From an uncultured Nitrososphaeraceae archaeon (lineage in GTDB: Archaea; Thermoproteota; Nitrososphaeria; Nitrososphaerales; Nitrososphaeraceae), in the NCBI GenBank assembly GCA_963729045.1, contig CAVSMN010000011.1, positions 1-64,000 on the forward strand: a stretch of 64,000 bases of DNA. Reading direction: 5' to 3'. Below, piece by piece: positions 1 to 11,002 of this stretch. The notes under the pieces were generated by a model. That model searched no databases. It was not told the origin of the DNA and saw only the letters and a list, made by a program, of their open reading frames with translations. The position numbers were made by a program, and so were the translations under genes. How positions within the stretch are numbered: position 1 is the stretch's first letter; the number at the start of each line of letters is the position of its first letter.

Positions 1-1342
1 TAATCTTGCAGCGACTTTGATAGCGGGCACATTTCCCGTGTCTATGGCGTTTTTGATATATGCACCCAAGTGGAAGGCTTCAATTGTATGAGGCGAGTTA
101 GCAGATATAGCCATAGCTCTCCAAATTGGATTGAATGAGCCTGATGCGTTCGTGCCGATTTCAACGGTCAAAGCATATGACGATCGATTTGTGATAAAAC
201 TAGCAACCATTTCAAATCCGCCATCTGTTACTCTGCTTACGTCAAGAGCTGGTTGCCAACCCTCAAGAGTGTCGGTATTTCCATAAAGCTTCAATTGGTC
301 ATAAACAGACACAGGGTTTTTAGTTGACAAGCCAGACCATTGATCATCTATATCAGTTTTTGTTCCAGAGTCTGAATAGTTCTGAACGGTAAGAATTCCA
401 CCTATACCTTTGGTTGATTTCGCATTGGTCGATATCGTCATCGAAGGAGCGGAAGAATTTTTCCAGATGTCCCAAACGTTACAATGTAAGAACATGTTTC
501 TGTCACCGTTTACGTTTACAATTCCTCCCTGGGTCTGTGGATAGTGATTTGTTGGATCGGTGGTAGTGCTTTAAATCGAGCAGCTTCAAAGTAGTTGTTG
601 TTGCATCCTGACTGATCAGCTGTAAACGTGCCAGTATGCTCAAAGTATACGTCATACTTGCAGGCTTCAGAATAGATGTCTATGAATCTCATCTGGTTTA
701 TCCATGATCTCCCTGTTGTGTGAAGATAGAGAGGTTTTCCACAACTCCAGACTCTAATGTTGGATATTTGACTCGCATATACAGCACCTGGAAAATCCGG
801 ATCGGTTGCATCGGCAGGAACGATACCAATGCAGTCCCAATTGTTTTCTTGTGTCCCTTGTTCGTCATAAACACCACCTCTCAGATACGCATTATATAAG
901 ACCATGTTTTGAGCAGGATTAAAATTCCACACCGTACCGGTATAGCCTGCCGGAACATTGAGCCTAGTATTTGTATGTATATGCGCATTCATGTGGCTTG
1001 CAACAGACCAACCGGCAAAGGAAGAGTGTAGATCATAGATTCCAGATTGAACTTCAAAGGATGGGTCTCCAGATGCTAAGATGGCAGTAATGAGTGGATC
1101 AAGATTAGCCTTAGAGGTTACAGCACCAGTTTTGTTGTTACGGGATTTGACTGCTCCTCCATCCTGGTAAATTGTGTATGTGTAAGCAGTTGGATATGGC
1201 ATTAAGTTATCTGTTGGATTTAATGTTTTCTTAGTTAATGTATCTGTTGATGAAGTGAATATCCCACCTCCAGTTCCTGAAGTGATGTCTGTTACTGTTC
1301 GAGATTCATTTTTTTGAGATAGGTATTTCTTTGTCTAGGCAT
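1..1342 (-). CDS. Virus tailspike/tail-fibre-like beta-helix protein, runs off window start, two apparent 1-nt frameshifts (~1310 and ~570)
   Basis: ORF 516-1202 extends upstream in frame (ESRTVTDITSGTGGG...DTLTKKTLNPTDNLMPYP) and, across a 7-A run, to ATG 1342. A second frame (STTTDPTNHYPQTQGGIVNVNGDRNMFLHCNVWD...) stays open from ~570 to base 1. TLTxKT motif and N/G/C-rich beta-helix-like pattern; function inferred. Confidence 0.5.
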
Positions 1343-1345
1343 TAG

Positions 1346-1963
1346 ATGGGGATAGTACAGTTGAACTGGTCTGAATTTAAGAAAGAACTATCATCCAAGA
1401 ATGAAAAAGTAGCGTTTAACACCCTATTTGAAAACGCTAAATTATATACTCAATATCTATCTAATGCCAATAGACCAATACCAATAGAACCTATTATGAT
1501 CGGAGCCTTGTTCCATAATTTTAAAACGCTTTTGAAGTTGTGCAAAGAGGATAAGTTGAAGTGAAGACTCCATAAACAGAAATTGGTATTGTTGGAAAGG
1601 GAGAAACCTTTGGCAAAAACATTGTTTGACAAAACCTGTGAAAGGTGGCGCTCTTTGTTATACGCCCTCCATAAAGATGATAGAGAACGACTATTAATGA
1701 TGTTAGTTGATTGTTGCTATGGTTTGAATGATGAAGCGGCCAAGACGATAATCGACAAATTCATCTTTATCTCTCTCCTTCTTTTTCGGTCTCTTAAAGC
1801 AGAATCAAGACTTGATATGGATAATCAAGAATTCATCGAAGAAAGAAGGTATCAAGTTAAGATGGTACTTAGTTTGATTTCACAGATTGAAAGGCTTTGT
1901 GATCTAACACCCGGTAGCTGTTTTCAAACATCAAGAATTCTTACAAGGTATTTGAGAAAATGA
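1346..1963 (+). pseudogene. 5'-truncated, frameshifted paralog of 6302-6856
   Basis: Near-identical DNA to ~6349-6780 (LNWSEFKKELSSKNEK, LVLLEREKPLAKTLFDKTCERWR). Lacks the MGRSIPSFRQ N-terminus, has a stop at 1562-1564 and a diverged 3' end. Confidence 0.8.
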
Positions 1964-2531
1964 ATTTCAAGATCCGTAGCCAAATTTTTTCATATCCATA
2001 TATTATGTGTAGAATGCTTTTTTGTCTCTTAAGAACTTCTAAATCTGAGAATCATACTATTAAAAGCTAAATAGGACATAATCAAATAGAACCGTATTAC
2101 ATTGAACAAGCTCTACTTTTTGGTAATCGCTATGATAGTTATGATGTTAGTTGGGGCGCCAGAATCCTAGAACGAATGGTCACTAAGGCGGACACCCCTC
2201 ATTCCAACGATCAAATCATTCATCACATTTCAACTAAATGGAATGATAACCGGTATCAACAATTAGATATCCTAACTAAGGACGAAGGGGTAATTTTTCT
2301 TACAGCATCTTTTCATGAGGAACTTAGGGTAAAGAAATCTGTAAAAATACAACCGCTAACTGATGCCGCCGCCAATACCTTAATTATTTCAAGAAAACGT
2401 GAGCTTTTCTTCTTTAATCAAAAGGTATCAAAGTTGTAGATATTGTGGGGAACTTATTCATAGAAACATGTCTGTCTGATATCTTATTGATTGAAACCCA
2501 CTCCAACAACTTTATCTGGATCAAAACCACC

Positions 2532-2972
2532 TCATTCACTTGAACTGTTTGAGCTACCATCATTAAAAACATTATCTCCAATATTCTTAGGGTTAGTGTT
2601 TTCTGATTCAGTTGATCCCTCATCATTACTCAATACGCCACCACCAGTATTTTCTGGAATTGTTGAATCAGAATTACGTGGAGTAAATACGTCAGTGCAA
2701 TTTGAATATGTGCCATTGCGATTATCACAAGTTTGACATCTACTAGTATTGGGTGAATATATTTCAGTCGCGTGTTTCCAACAACAAGTTGTTTTCAGCA
2801 TGCTCCCTACTAGCTGCTCACTACAATCACTGGCATTTTTAAAACCATTACTTGGTGACACTGCAAACACTAATGACGATGTAGAGCCAGATATTAATGC
2901 AACAATAAAGATTACGATAAGAGCTGATGTATTGTTGATAAGTGGTGTTTTGGTATACATATCATTATACAA
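2532..2972 (-). CDS. Secreted Cys-rich hypothetical protein
   Basis: Hydrophobic signal peptide ending VFA, 6 Cys, N/S-rich tail. Confidence 0.7.
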   Translation of the reverse strand: MYNDMYTKTPLINNTSALIVIFIVALISGSTSSLVFAVSPSNGFKNASDCSEQLVGSMLKTTCCWKHATEIYSPNTSRCQTCDNRNGTYSNCTDVFTPRNSDSTIPENTGGGVLSNDEGSTESENTNPKNIGDNVFNDGSSNSSSE

Positions 2973-3121
2973 TATCTGAATATTAAAATATTGTCAATTA
3001 TCTCCAAAAATCTAAGATTCTCATCCTCTCAGACTTTAATCGAGTCCAATTATGATATGTGGATCAATAAGGCTAACCAAGAGAAATAGACAAGGTAATA
3101 GATTCGATAAAGTTTTTTTGA

Positions 3122-3382
3122 TTAACTTTTTTTCAGTAGATGAGCAAGGAAGGACCCATCGTTCCAATTGTTTGAGTTAGGTTGTTGAGGAGTGGCGCCA
3201 CGCTGCTTCTCATAAATGTTCTTGAGTTTATACATTTTTCGTAAGATATTCTTGGTTTCAATGTAGATTTCTTTTTTTCCGTGTTCTGAGTCCTCTAGAT
3301 TCCATGGTTTGAATTCAAAGTCTAGATGATCCTTGAACATATCAATGGTGTAAAGAGTTCTGCTCTTACATATCACAACCAA
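3122..3382 (-). CDS. Hypothetical protein or gene remnant
   Basis: 86-aa ORF, TTG start, no recognised motif. Confidence 0.3.
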   Translation of the reverse strand: MVVICKSRTLYTIDMFKDHLDFEFKPWNLEDSEHGKKEIYIETKNILRKMYKLKNIYEKQRGATPQQPNSNNWNDGSFLAHLLKKS

Positions 3383-3830
3383 TATTGTTTTAATCGAAAG
3401 GGTTTTGAGTTATACAGGGTTGGGGCGCCTAACGTAATCAGGCATTACCACTTGACAAGACACCAAATAGCATAAATCAGATTATATTACTTCGAAACAT
3501 TAAGCAAATATAATGGCTTATAATGGTATTTAAACCCATTTACAGGTTTAGAATGCTAGACTGACTATTTTTTATAATCGGTGACCGGGATTTCTGACTC
3601 CGTAAGAAGGTATCTGCAAATTTTATAATTCTTTCATTAAACTTTTTTTCTAGTTCAGATTGTAGGTGGGATAAACATATCTTAATTAATTCTAATATGA
3701 TTAGATTTGACATAAATAGTCCAAATACTTGTTAAGATTTTCAACAAATTTCAATCCTTCGGATGGTTATATCTAAGATTCGTCAATAGTTTTATGTAAC
3801 AAAGTATTAGAAGAAAAATAGGTATGTAAA

Positions 3831-4067
3831 TTGAATATTAACATATCGGAATCCGATGGAAACTTTGCAAAATATGAAAGGTTGAAAGACAATTTTAAAT
3901 GGTTTTATTCGAATAAGGAAGAATTAAAAAGAGATTATGACGATCAGTACATCGCCATTAAGGATAGAAAACAAATAGACAGTGATTTCAATTTAGATCT
4001 ACTACTACGTAGGTTGAATTTATACAACTGTGATGAATCAATAGCCATAGAATATGTAAACAATTAA
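3831..4067 (+). CDS. Small DUF5678-like protein
   Basis: NFKWFYSNKEELKRDYDDQYIAIKD resembles the WxxxxxxxLxxxYxxxxIAI pattern; TATA-like TTTATGTA ~3790. Confidence 0.5.
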   Translation: MNINISESDGNFAKYERLKDNFKWFYSNKEELKRDYDDQYIAIKDRKQIDSDFNLDLLLRRLNLYNCDESIAIEYVNN

Positions 4068-4742
4068 TCCCATACGATTAATATGATTAGCAAATGAAGA
4101 TAACAAAAATCTGTATGTGATTTAGAAAAAACTTCATGGTATAATTCATAATTAGTAACTGTATTACCAAAATTCATTCAAATATTATACTTGGTTATCA
4201 CGATGACGCAAATTTTCTTATAGCATCCTTGTACCTATTTACACCAAAGCTGTAAGAAAAAATACCCCCCATGCACTCACCGGCTAACCAGGATTACTAA
4301 CCAATGGCCGGCCATTAAAAATTGGTCTAAGAATGATAGGGCTATCCAAAAAGATAATCGTTAACATTTTCGGAATAAGAGTCATCTTTAAAGATGCGAT
4401 AAATGAAAGAATGAGACAAGAATTCCAACTACTTACAAGGTCTCACACTTTGTGAGGTGCAGGACCTTTGAAGAAGTAATGGATACCGTCGCCAAAACTA
4501 TTTCAAATTTATTGAGGATATCATGTATATCCTTTAACCGAACTGATCTCTAAATAGTGGTATCACAGAGACCCTAAATATATTTATGATGCCCATAAGG
4601 GTCCCGAAAACCCAGATTTTTTTCTCGATTTACTAATATTCATACAAATTTGAACTCTAGTAAAAATATTTAAGTTAAAACATAACTTTAATCATCGATT
4701 GGAGATTGAATATTATAATGATATTTTAAGTATGAAGCCCTA

Positions 4743-4926
4743 ATGACATATTCACTTGCTGCATTAGCATTTCTCTATGATATTGGCTCCGGTTGTTCCT
4801 TCTACTGCAGTATCTGCAGAAAAACCACGCTCATTTGATACCTGTGAGGAACAAGTTGGAAATAGTGGAACAACATAAGGTGGTTGTAAACAAAACAACA
4901 AAAACTCCAATCTGTTTTGGATGTAG
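4743..4926 (+). pseudogene. Remnant of small secreted protein
   Basis: Manual translation MTYSLAALAF/SMILAPVVPSTAVSAEKPRSFDTCEEQVGNSGTT*GGCKQ with one frameshift and in-frame TAA 4876-4878. Confidence 0.4.
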
Positions 4927-4958
4927 AAAAATAAAAATCTAAAACTTGAAATATTTTT

Positions 4959-5201
4959 TTATAGAGATTTGCCTAGATTTTCAAAAGTTTTTACTATCAG
5001 GCTGTCCTTGTCACCATACATGAATTCAACCCTTTGCACTCCCTTGATACCGTGAAATACTGCATATTCAGATACAAATTGTTCACAGCCCTGTCTAATT
5101 TCCTGAAATGAGGACCCGGTTCCAACAAACTCTAAATAAATATCACTTCTCCTCGTTACTGCTACTTTAACCTTTACAGTTAGAGTTATTTCAAATGCCA
5201 T
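4959..5201 (-). CDS. Hypothetical protein
   Basis: 80-aa ATG ORF, protein-like composition. Confidence 0.5.
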   Translation of the reverse strand: MAFEITLTVKVKVAVTRRSDIYLEFVGTGSSFQEIRQGCEQFVSEYAVFHGIKGVQRVEFMYGDKDSLIVKTFENLGKSL

Positions 5202-5269
5202 ATTTTTTATCCTGAGAGAAGAGATTAGAGGCGAAAGTATTTGTTTGTTTGTTTGTTTATATTAGAACC

Positions 5270-5650
5270 TACTAGGAAGGGTTGGTATATAACCTCGTCT
5301 TGATGAATTCTTTCCATTCCATACTTTGTTTTGATAGTGCTTCACCCAACTTGATTTTCGAAAGCGGTTGGTCGATATATGACGGTAGAGCCACAATTTT
5401 TGATATCTTTTAATCAGGAAACGGATGAAATGCTCCAGGCTTTGTTTACAAGGTCAACATATTCACAAGGATTCTGTTCGGTATCTCTAACAATTTGTTT
5501 GTTTTTGCTTTTTATCCATTTGGTTCCTCACAAGATTCCCCCCAATTGCTGCTCCTACTGCGGATAATCCACCCATGATTGCGTTTGTTGTTTGACCTGC
5601 TATTTGTTCTATTTGTTCTGTTGTTGCGATAATGTTGTCTGTTGGGGTTG
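5270..5650 (-). pseudogene. Degraded gene with Gly/Ala hydrophobic helix
   Basis: Manual frames: TDNIIATTEQIEQIAGQTTNAIMGGLSAVGAAIGGNLVRNQMDK... then LPSYIDQPLSKIKLGEALSKQSMEWKEFIKTRLY; boundaries approximate. Confidence 0.3.
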
Positions 5651-6301
5651 GTTTTAACAGTGGTGGGTATGTAACTCACAGCAACAAGATTCACATGGGA
5701 AATTCTCGAAAATATCCGGGAATGATTTTGACAGTAAAGGAATTTCGTTTTGCAAAACTTATAATTTTTTTCTGATCAAAAATTTTAACTTTCAGATGAT
5801 TTGGATATGTGTTTTCCCCCTAAGGAACAGGGGAATGTTAACAGTTATTGCGCCATACTTAACAAATTTGGTGGTGAACAACCAAAAGTTATTGGAGAAA
5901 TACTACACTGCTAACTTCTGAATAAACCACTTTTTATTCAATTTTTGGTCTCACAGTCAGAAAACATTTCATTCCAGTCACATTAGGGTTAGCCAAGAGT
6001 TTTAAGAGAAGTAGGCAGTTACAAAAATGATTTACTCAAGGAATCAAATACCTTGCTAATAATCCTTTTATCTTGGACCCATAATGTAAAATATGCCACT
6101 CCTCAAAAGCGGAAACTCGATTTCTTAAAGGCCAAAAGCAAATATCAAAATCATATAAGCAAAAACCAAAGTCAATATTGAAAACCCCAATACCATAATC
6201 AACTGAATTGAATTGTTATGGTCACCTAAAGGTTTCAATTAAGTAAATACGCATATTTACACTGCGTAAAGGATAAGTATTTCATTCCATTCTCAAATCA
6301 A

Positions 6302-6856
6302 ATGGGTCGAAGCATTCCTTCATTCAGACAGTTGATTGAGATTGAGAGGTTGAATTGGTCTGAATTTAAGAAAGAACTATCATCCAAGAATGAGAAAGAA
6401 GCGTTTAACACCCTATTTGAAAACGTAACGTTGTATACTCAATATCTATCTAATGCCAACAGACCACTACCAATAGAATCTATTATGATGGGCGCTTTGT
6501 TCCAGAATTATAAGAAACTCTTAGAGTTATGTAAAGAGGATAATTTAAGTGAAGACTCCATGAAACAGAAATTGGTATTGTTGGAAAGGGAGAAACCTTT
6601 GGCAAAAACATTGTTTGACAAAACCTGTGAAAGGTGGCGCGGTCTATGGTATGCCCTTCATAGAGATGATGGGGAACAATTACTAAAAATGTTAGTTGAT
6701 ATCTGCTATAGTTTGGATGAAAAGGCATCCAAGATGTTAATCGACAGAGTTTCAGAATCTTCCATTTCTGTTCTTTTTCTTTTTTGTCTTGTATTGCAGA
6801 ATCAAAAGATGATAAATAGAATTGAAAATTCTACAGATAAAAAGGTTCAAAATTGA
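6302..6856 (+). CDS. MGRxxPSFR-family helical protein (type usually encoded in archaeal PolB2 operons), C-terminally extended
   Basis: N-terminus MGRSIPSFRQLIEIERLNWSEFKKEL..FNTLF..Y....NA.RP.PIESIMM matches the family pattern as recalled. Confidence 0.65.
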   Translation: MGRSIPSFRQLIEIERLNWSEFKKELSSKNEKEAFNTLFENVTLYTQYLSNANRPLPIESIMMGALFQNYKKLLELCKEDNLSEDSMKQKLVLLEREKPLAKTLFDKTCERWRGLWYALHRDDGEQLLKMLVDICYSLDEKASKMLIDRVSESSISVLFLFCLVLQNQKMINRIENSTDKKVQN

Positions 6857-7264
6857 TTTTATCTTAATTGGCGTATGTATATATATCGATACCTCAAAAT
6901 GAGTACTTGACCAAGCCCTCCACTTTTCAAACTCACAATTTTTCATATATTTAAATTTCAACATAAGTTCAAATTTTAATTTTAAGATTTCAAAATATTG
7001 TAGAATTTTCTACCATTGATTAATATTGTGAATTATATGCATGATTCTAATTTGATAAACAGCATATTGGAGAAGTAATATTTCAAAACTCTATCACAAT
7101 GATACAATCTGAATTCGTGACTGATATACAATACGCTAAATTGATTAACTATCTGGAGAGTGTGAGTGAATTATTATGTGTGGATGATGAACTTTTTTTA
7201 GGAATATGATTAGTGACTATTACGCTGCGTTTTTCGTTGAGAGACTAAGGTAAAAAAATAGGTT

Positions 7265-7708
7265 TTATTGTTGTCCGACAGCGTTATTACCGGTATTGTT
7301 TTGACTTTGTGTGTTTGCATTGTTTCCTGAGCTGGAAGTGCTACCTCCAGAAACTACACCGCTATTTTGGTTAGAAGGTTGTGATTGGCCTATGCCTTGG
7401 TTGGCAGAGTTGCCGGTTTTACCTTTTCCGCTTCCGCTTCCGCTTCCACCTTGTTGTGCTAATGCATTGTTTCCGCTGTTTGTTTGACTTTGTGCATTCA
7501 AGTTATTACATGAAACTAAAGTTCCGGTTCCTGAGACACATAGTGCGTTTTGGTTAGAGGATTGTGATTGGCCTATGCCTTGGTTGGCAGAGTTGCCTTG
7601 AGCAATTATATTCACGGTCATGGAAGTTGGACCTAAAAGAAGTACAAATGATATTGCTATTACAGTTAAAGTCATTAAAGCTTTATTTATAAAAATGAAA
7701 TCTTTCAT
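7265..7708 (-). CDS. Secreted N/Q/S/G-rich repeat protein
   Basis: Signal peptide and two copies of GNSANQGIGQSQxSNQN; 36-bp exact repeat at 7379-7414 and 7562-7597. Confidence 0.85.
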   Translation of the reverse strand: MKDFIFINKALMTLTVIAISFVLLLGPTSMTVNIIAQGNSANQGIGQSQSSNQNALCVSGTGTLVSCNNLNAQSQTNSGNNALAQQGGSGSGSGKGKTGNSANQGIGQSQPSNQNSGVVSGGSTSSSGNNANTQSQNNTGNNAVGQQ

Positions 7709-7732
7709 TCAATGATTATTACTAACAAAAGG

Positions 7733-8409
7733 GGTCCTGTTAACTTAAGCGAAAATCATCTCCTTGTTATGATAACTGACAAATAGATTCATCCAATTTA
7801 AAACATGTTTTAGTTTACAGTTTTCCTTTCGACAAGGAAAGTAATCGTCAAAACTTTCAGTTCTATCCTTTATGTACTGCATAGTTCTTTCAATGATACT
7901 TTTCTCTAAAGAAGAATGTAGATGATGTTTTAATCCAAGAAACCTGCAAGCCATTGGGTACCAGGTTCCACCGTCGGTTGATAGAGGATGTTTTCCATGA
8001 ATCTTTACTACACCTGACAGAAACCTTTCTGCAATAAGCATGTTTCTCTCTTTAGATATGGTTAGTGCGAGAATTTCCTTGTTTTTTGGTTCTATCACAA
8101 TCCATAACCAAATATATTCTAAACCCACCTTAACTAATGTTTCATCAACTATGAATTCTGAGATCCTCTTTCTTTTAGATAATATCTTTTTAGGATGGTA
8201 TTTCTGAATCCACTTCCAGATTGTTACATGGCTTCTTTTGACCTTATTTAAAAAGAACATTGCTTTGGAAACACCTCTGGTTGACAAACCAAGAAAGTAC
8301 AAATACAGACTAGATTCTATGTACAATGGAGATGTTCTGTTTCTTTCACCAATCATGATTGAAATAGAGTATCTTTAAGCTATAGATTTATCGTTAAGTT
8401 AACAGGGCC
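7733..8409 (-). mobile_element. Complete IS6-family insertion sequence
   Basis: 16-bp terminal IRs (GGTCCTGTTAACTTAA 7733-7748 / TTAAGTTAACAGGGCC 8394-8409, 1 mismatch); 8-bp target duplication AACAAAAG at 7724-7731 and 8410-8417 (one extra G at 7732). Confidence 0.92.
7745..8356 (-). CDS. IS6-family DDE transposase
   Basis: SHVTIWKWIQKY, VDETLVKV..YIWLW, STDGG.WY, IERTMQYIKDR motifs. Confidence 0.93.
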   Translation of the reverse strand: MIGERNRTSPLYIESSLYLYFLGLSTRGVSKAMFFLNKVKRSHVTIWKWIQKYHPKKILSKRKRISEFIVDETLVKVGLEYIWLWIVIEPKNKEILALTISKERNMLIAERFLSGVVKIHGKHPLSTDGGTWYPMACRFLGLKHHLHSSLEKSIIERTMQYIKDRTESFDDYFPCRKENCKLKHVLNWMNLFVSYHNKEMIFA

Positions 8410-8417
8410 AACAAAAG

Positions 8418-8425
8418 TATATAAA
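8418..8425 (-). promoter_or_regulatory. TATA box (TTTATATA) displaced from gene 7265-7708 by IS6
   Basis: Removing the IS and one TSD places the box 23 nt upstream of ATG 7708, typical leaderless spacing. Confidence 0.65.
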
Positions 8426-9119
8426 CCCATTTATATGATCATTGAACATCTTATTATTCCATATAAACTGATCAAATAGAGATATAATGATTTAGATGGA
8501 CATAGCATTCAGAACACAAAGCTCGACTATATTGTAAAGTTCTTATTACTAAAACACCACCCAAACTTTCAACTAAATCAATTTGAGAAATCGAGGAGTA
8601 TTTAGATATAGCAGTATTAGACCTTACGTCTCTAAATACGCATTAAATCTTCTAATAGGTATTCGGTTTGCTGAGGAATGAAAAAATATATTACATTATC
8701 ATTATGAGTTAGACCGCCACTACGTTACTAATCATAATAACATCTATGTAATTCGTAACACTTTTCTCTCAAAAGTTATAACAAACACTTTGTTTTTTCG
8801 TTTCAATTTCCCTTTTGAGCTAGCATTTGAACCTTCTCATGTATAACTTTAAAATATTTCTTTAACCCTTATGAAACAAGATTTCAGATTAGCATTACAA
8901 TTTTTGTCTATGTATGGCTAATTTTTCGAAACTTTCACAGGTCAAAGGGTTGATCACTTCGCAAATTCATTGCAATCACGATTTCACTTTGTTCCTTGAG
9001 AGACTAATAAGAGATGGATTAATTACATCGTCTCCAAAACTACATTAGTTGCTAGGGAAGAATTCTTAGCCTTCCTAACCTTGGAAGTGACTAAATGTCT
9101 AAAAACTAATAGGGATTGA

Positions 9120-9401
9120 TTACATCATTTCTTTCTCTACTCTAATATGTCTGGCTAGAGTAACCTTTAGTTCAATCAACTCTGGAGTAGTAAACATAGA
9201 TAGTAAAACATGATTGTCCATTGGTTCTTTGTTGATCTGAATCTCCTTAGCTATCCTATTGTTTCTACCGGATCCTTCTCTCTTTATAATGGACAACTGA
9301 ATCCCAAGATGTGCAAAATTGAAACTTCCGAAAGGTAGTTTTGAAGTAAGGTATTTACAATCTTCAGCTAATCTAATCCTTGATTCCCTTTCAGATATCA
9401 T
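9120..9401 (-). CDS. Hypothetical protein
   Basis: 93-aa ATG ORF. Confidence 0.45.
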   Translation of the reverse strand: MISERESRIRLAEDCKYLTSKLPFGSFNFAHLGIQLSIIKREGSGRNNRIAKEIQINKEPMDNHVLLSMFTTPELIELKVTLARHIRVEKEMM

Positions 9402-10723
9402 ATTAAAAGTTATTATATCCTTAGGTATAATTTGGTTTGAAATATTTCTTTAATAGTAATTTTAAATAAATTTTTTAAGTTACAAAGACATTGTCTCTCA
9501 ATTATAGCCCATATGCCCACTAACTGACAATTTAATAGGGGAAAAATTGTCTAAGTCATGAGATGAAAGGTTTTGGTCTTATTTTTAATACGTTTGTTAT
9601 AGTGGGGAATTATCGACTTCTCAAGCATATCATAATTATGCCTTTTTTTATTTATGCAAATCTCTCAAACGATTAGTAAAGATGCCCCATCTCCAAAACC
9701 TTTGTAAGGTAATTTGGAGATTGTATCTAGTTTGCATTTATTTTGTATTCCAAAAATTTGTAAATGCCTTCTTTATTCTCCCCTATCAAAACTTAAGTCA
9801 GTGGAGTTTTTCAAAGACAATAGTCAATATCAAACTTCATCTTTACAGCAATTATAATCGCTGAAATAATAAAGACTACTACAGTCATTCTAGTATTTGT
9901 GCTTGCAGAACAAGGTGGTGTACATAATAGAGAAACGAGCATGAAACCCCTAAACCTGTTAAAAACATCCGGATCAAAAGAAATTTTTTAACATACGAGA
10001 TTAGTATGATAGCTTCAATTGGAGGTGTTATCAAAATCTCGTATTTAACGTTAATGGGGGAAGTGATACTCACAGTGAATGAGAATTTTACAGATTAAAT
10101 ATCTCCAAGCGTTATTAGATTAGACATGGTTATATTTAGCTATTAATACCTCGTAACAGGAGTATAATTCCCTAAAAAGTGAATGATACCATATAGCCAA
10201 TTAGTACCATTATTTAGTTATTCTAATTCATCACAAATTAAATATTAATTTAAACACAAAAGATCACAATCGAATAACATACTAGCTATCTCCTTTGAGG
10301 GAACAAGGGCACATTATAAGTGAAACTAACGTAGTATTTTGGAAATAATCATGAATTTTATACAAGATTAACTATTTGTAGTATATAGAAAAATTTTCCG
10401 TATGCATAGAAAATGAATATTGCATTGATCATGTATATCGTAATACTTATGGGCAACAACAATCTTAAGTCTCAAGCTATGAAACTAGCAATTTGGGCTT
10501 TTCTCAAGCAGGTTGAAAACGATCCAAAATATTGTTTAACCCATAGTCTTTGCTGAATACAAATTTGAATGGTCTTAAAGCTTGGAGTATATCATTCAGT
10601 TAAATGAGAAAACAATAGAAATCTTTGGTGATACCACCTATCATGTAGTAACCATATGTCATGAGGTACTCTTAAACAAATATCGACTTTACAATATTTG
10701 TCCCTTGGAAAAAGATATGGACT

Positions 10724-11002
10724 CTATTGTCCATATAGATTAAGACCAGTATTCTCACTGGAGGACAGATCTCCAGAATTACAAGAATCTATGATAGTAG
10801 CATTTGGTGGGGCATAACAATATGAACCCTGCATAGAGCTTTGGGAACTAGTTATAGATCGATCTTCACCACTATCACTGCCACTAACATCGAATTCCAC
10901 ATAGGCATACGATAGGTTAGTAGAAATAATTGAAATTGAAATCGCTAGAAAGATGGCTAGTATTGATATGCTAATTTGTTTCTTAATGTGAATAATTCTC
11001 AT
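10724..11002 (-). CDS. Small secreted protein, distant single-repeat relative of 7265-7708
   Basis: Signal peptide; SQSSMQGSYC...SCN...NTGLNLYGQ aligns with SQSSNQNALC...SCN...NSGNNALAQ. Confidence 0.7.
   Translation of the reverse strand: MRIIHIKKQISISILAIFLAISISIISTNLSYAYVEFDVSGSDSGEDRSITSSQSSMQGSYCYAPPNATIIDSCNSGDLSSSENTGLNLYGQ

Noticed and set aside
8450..10700. Short ORFs 9682-9864 and 9885-10073 and surrounding AT-rich DNA
   Set aside because: No recognisable motifs; cannot be told apart from chance ORFs or remnants.
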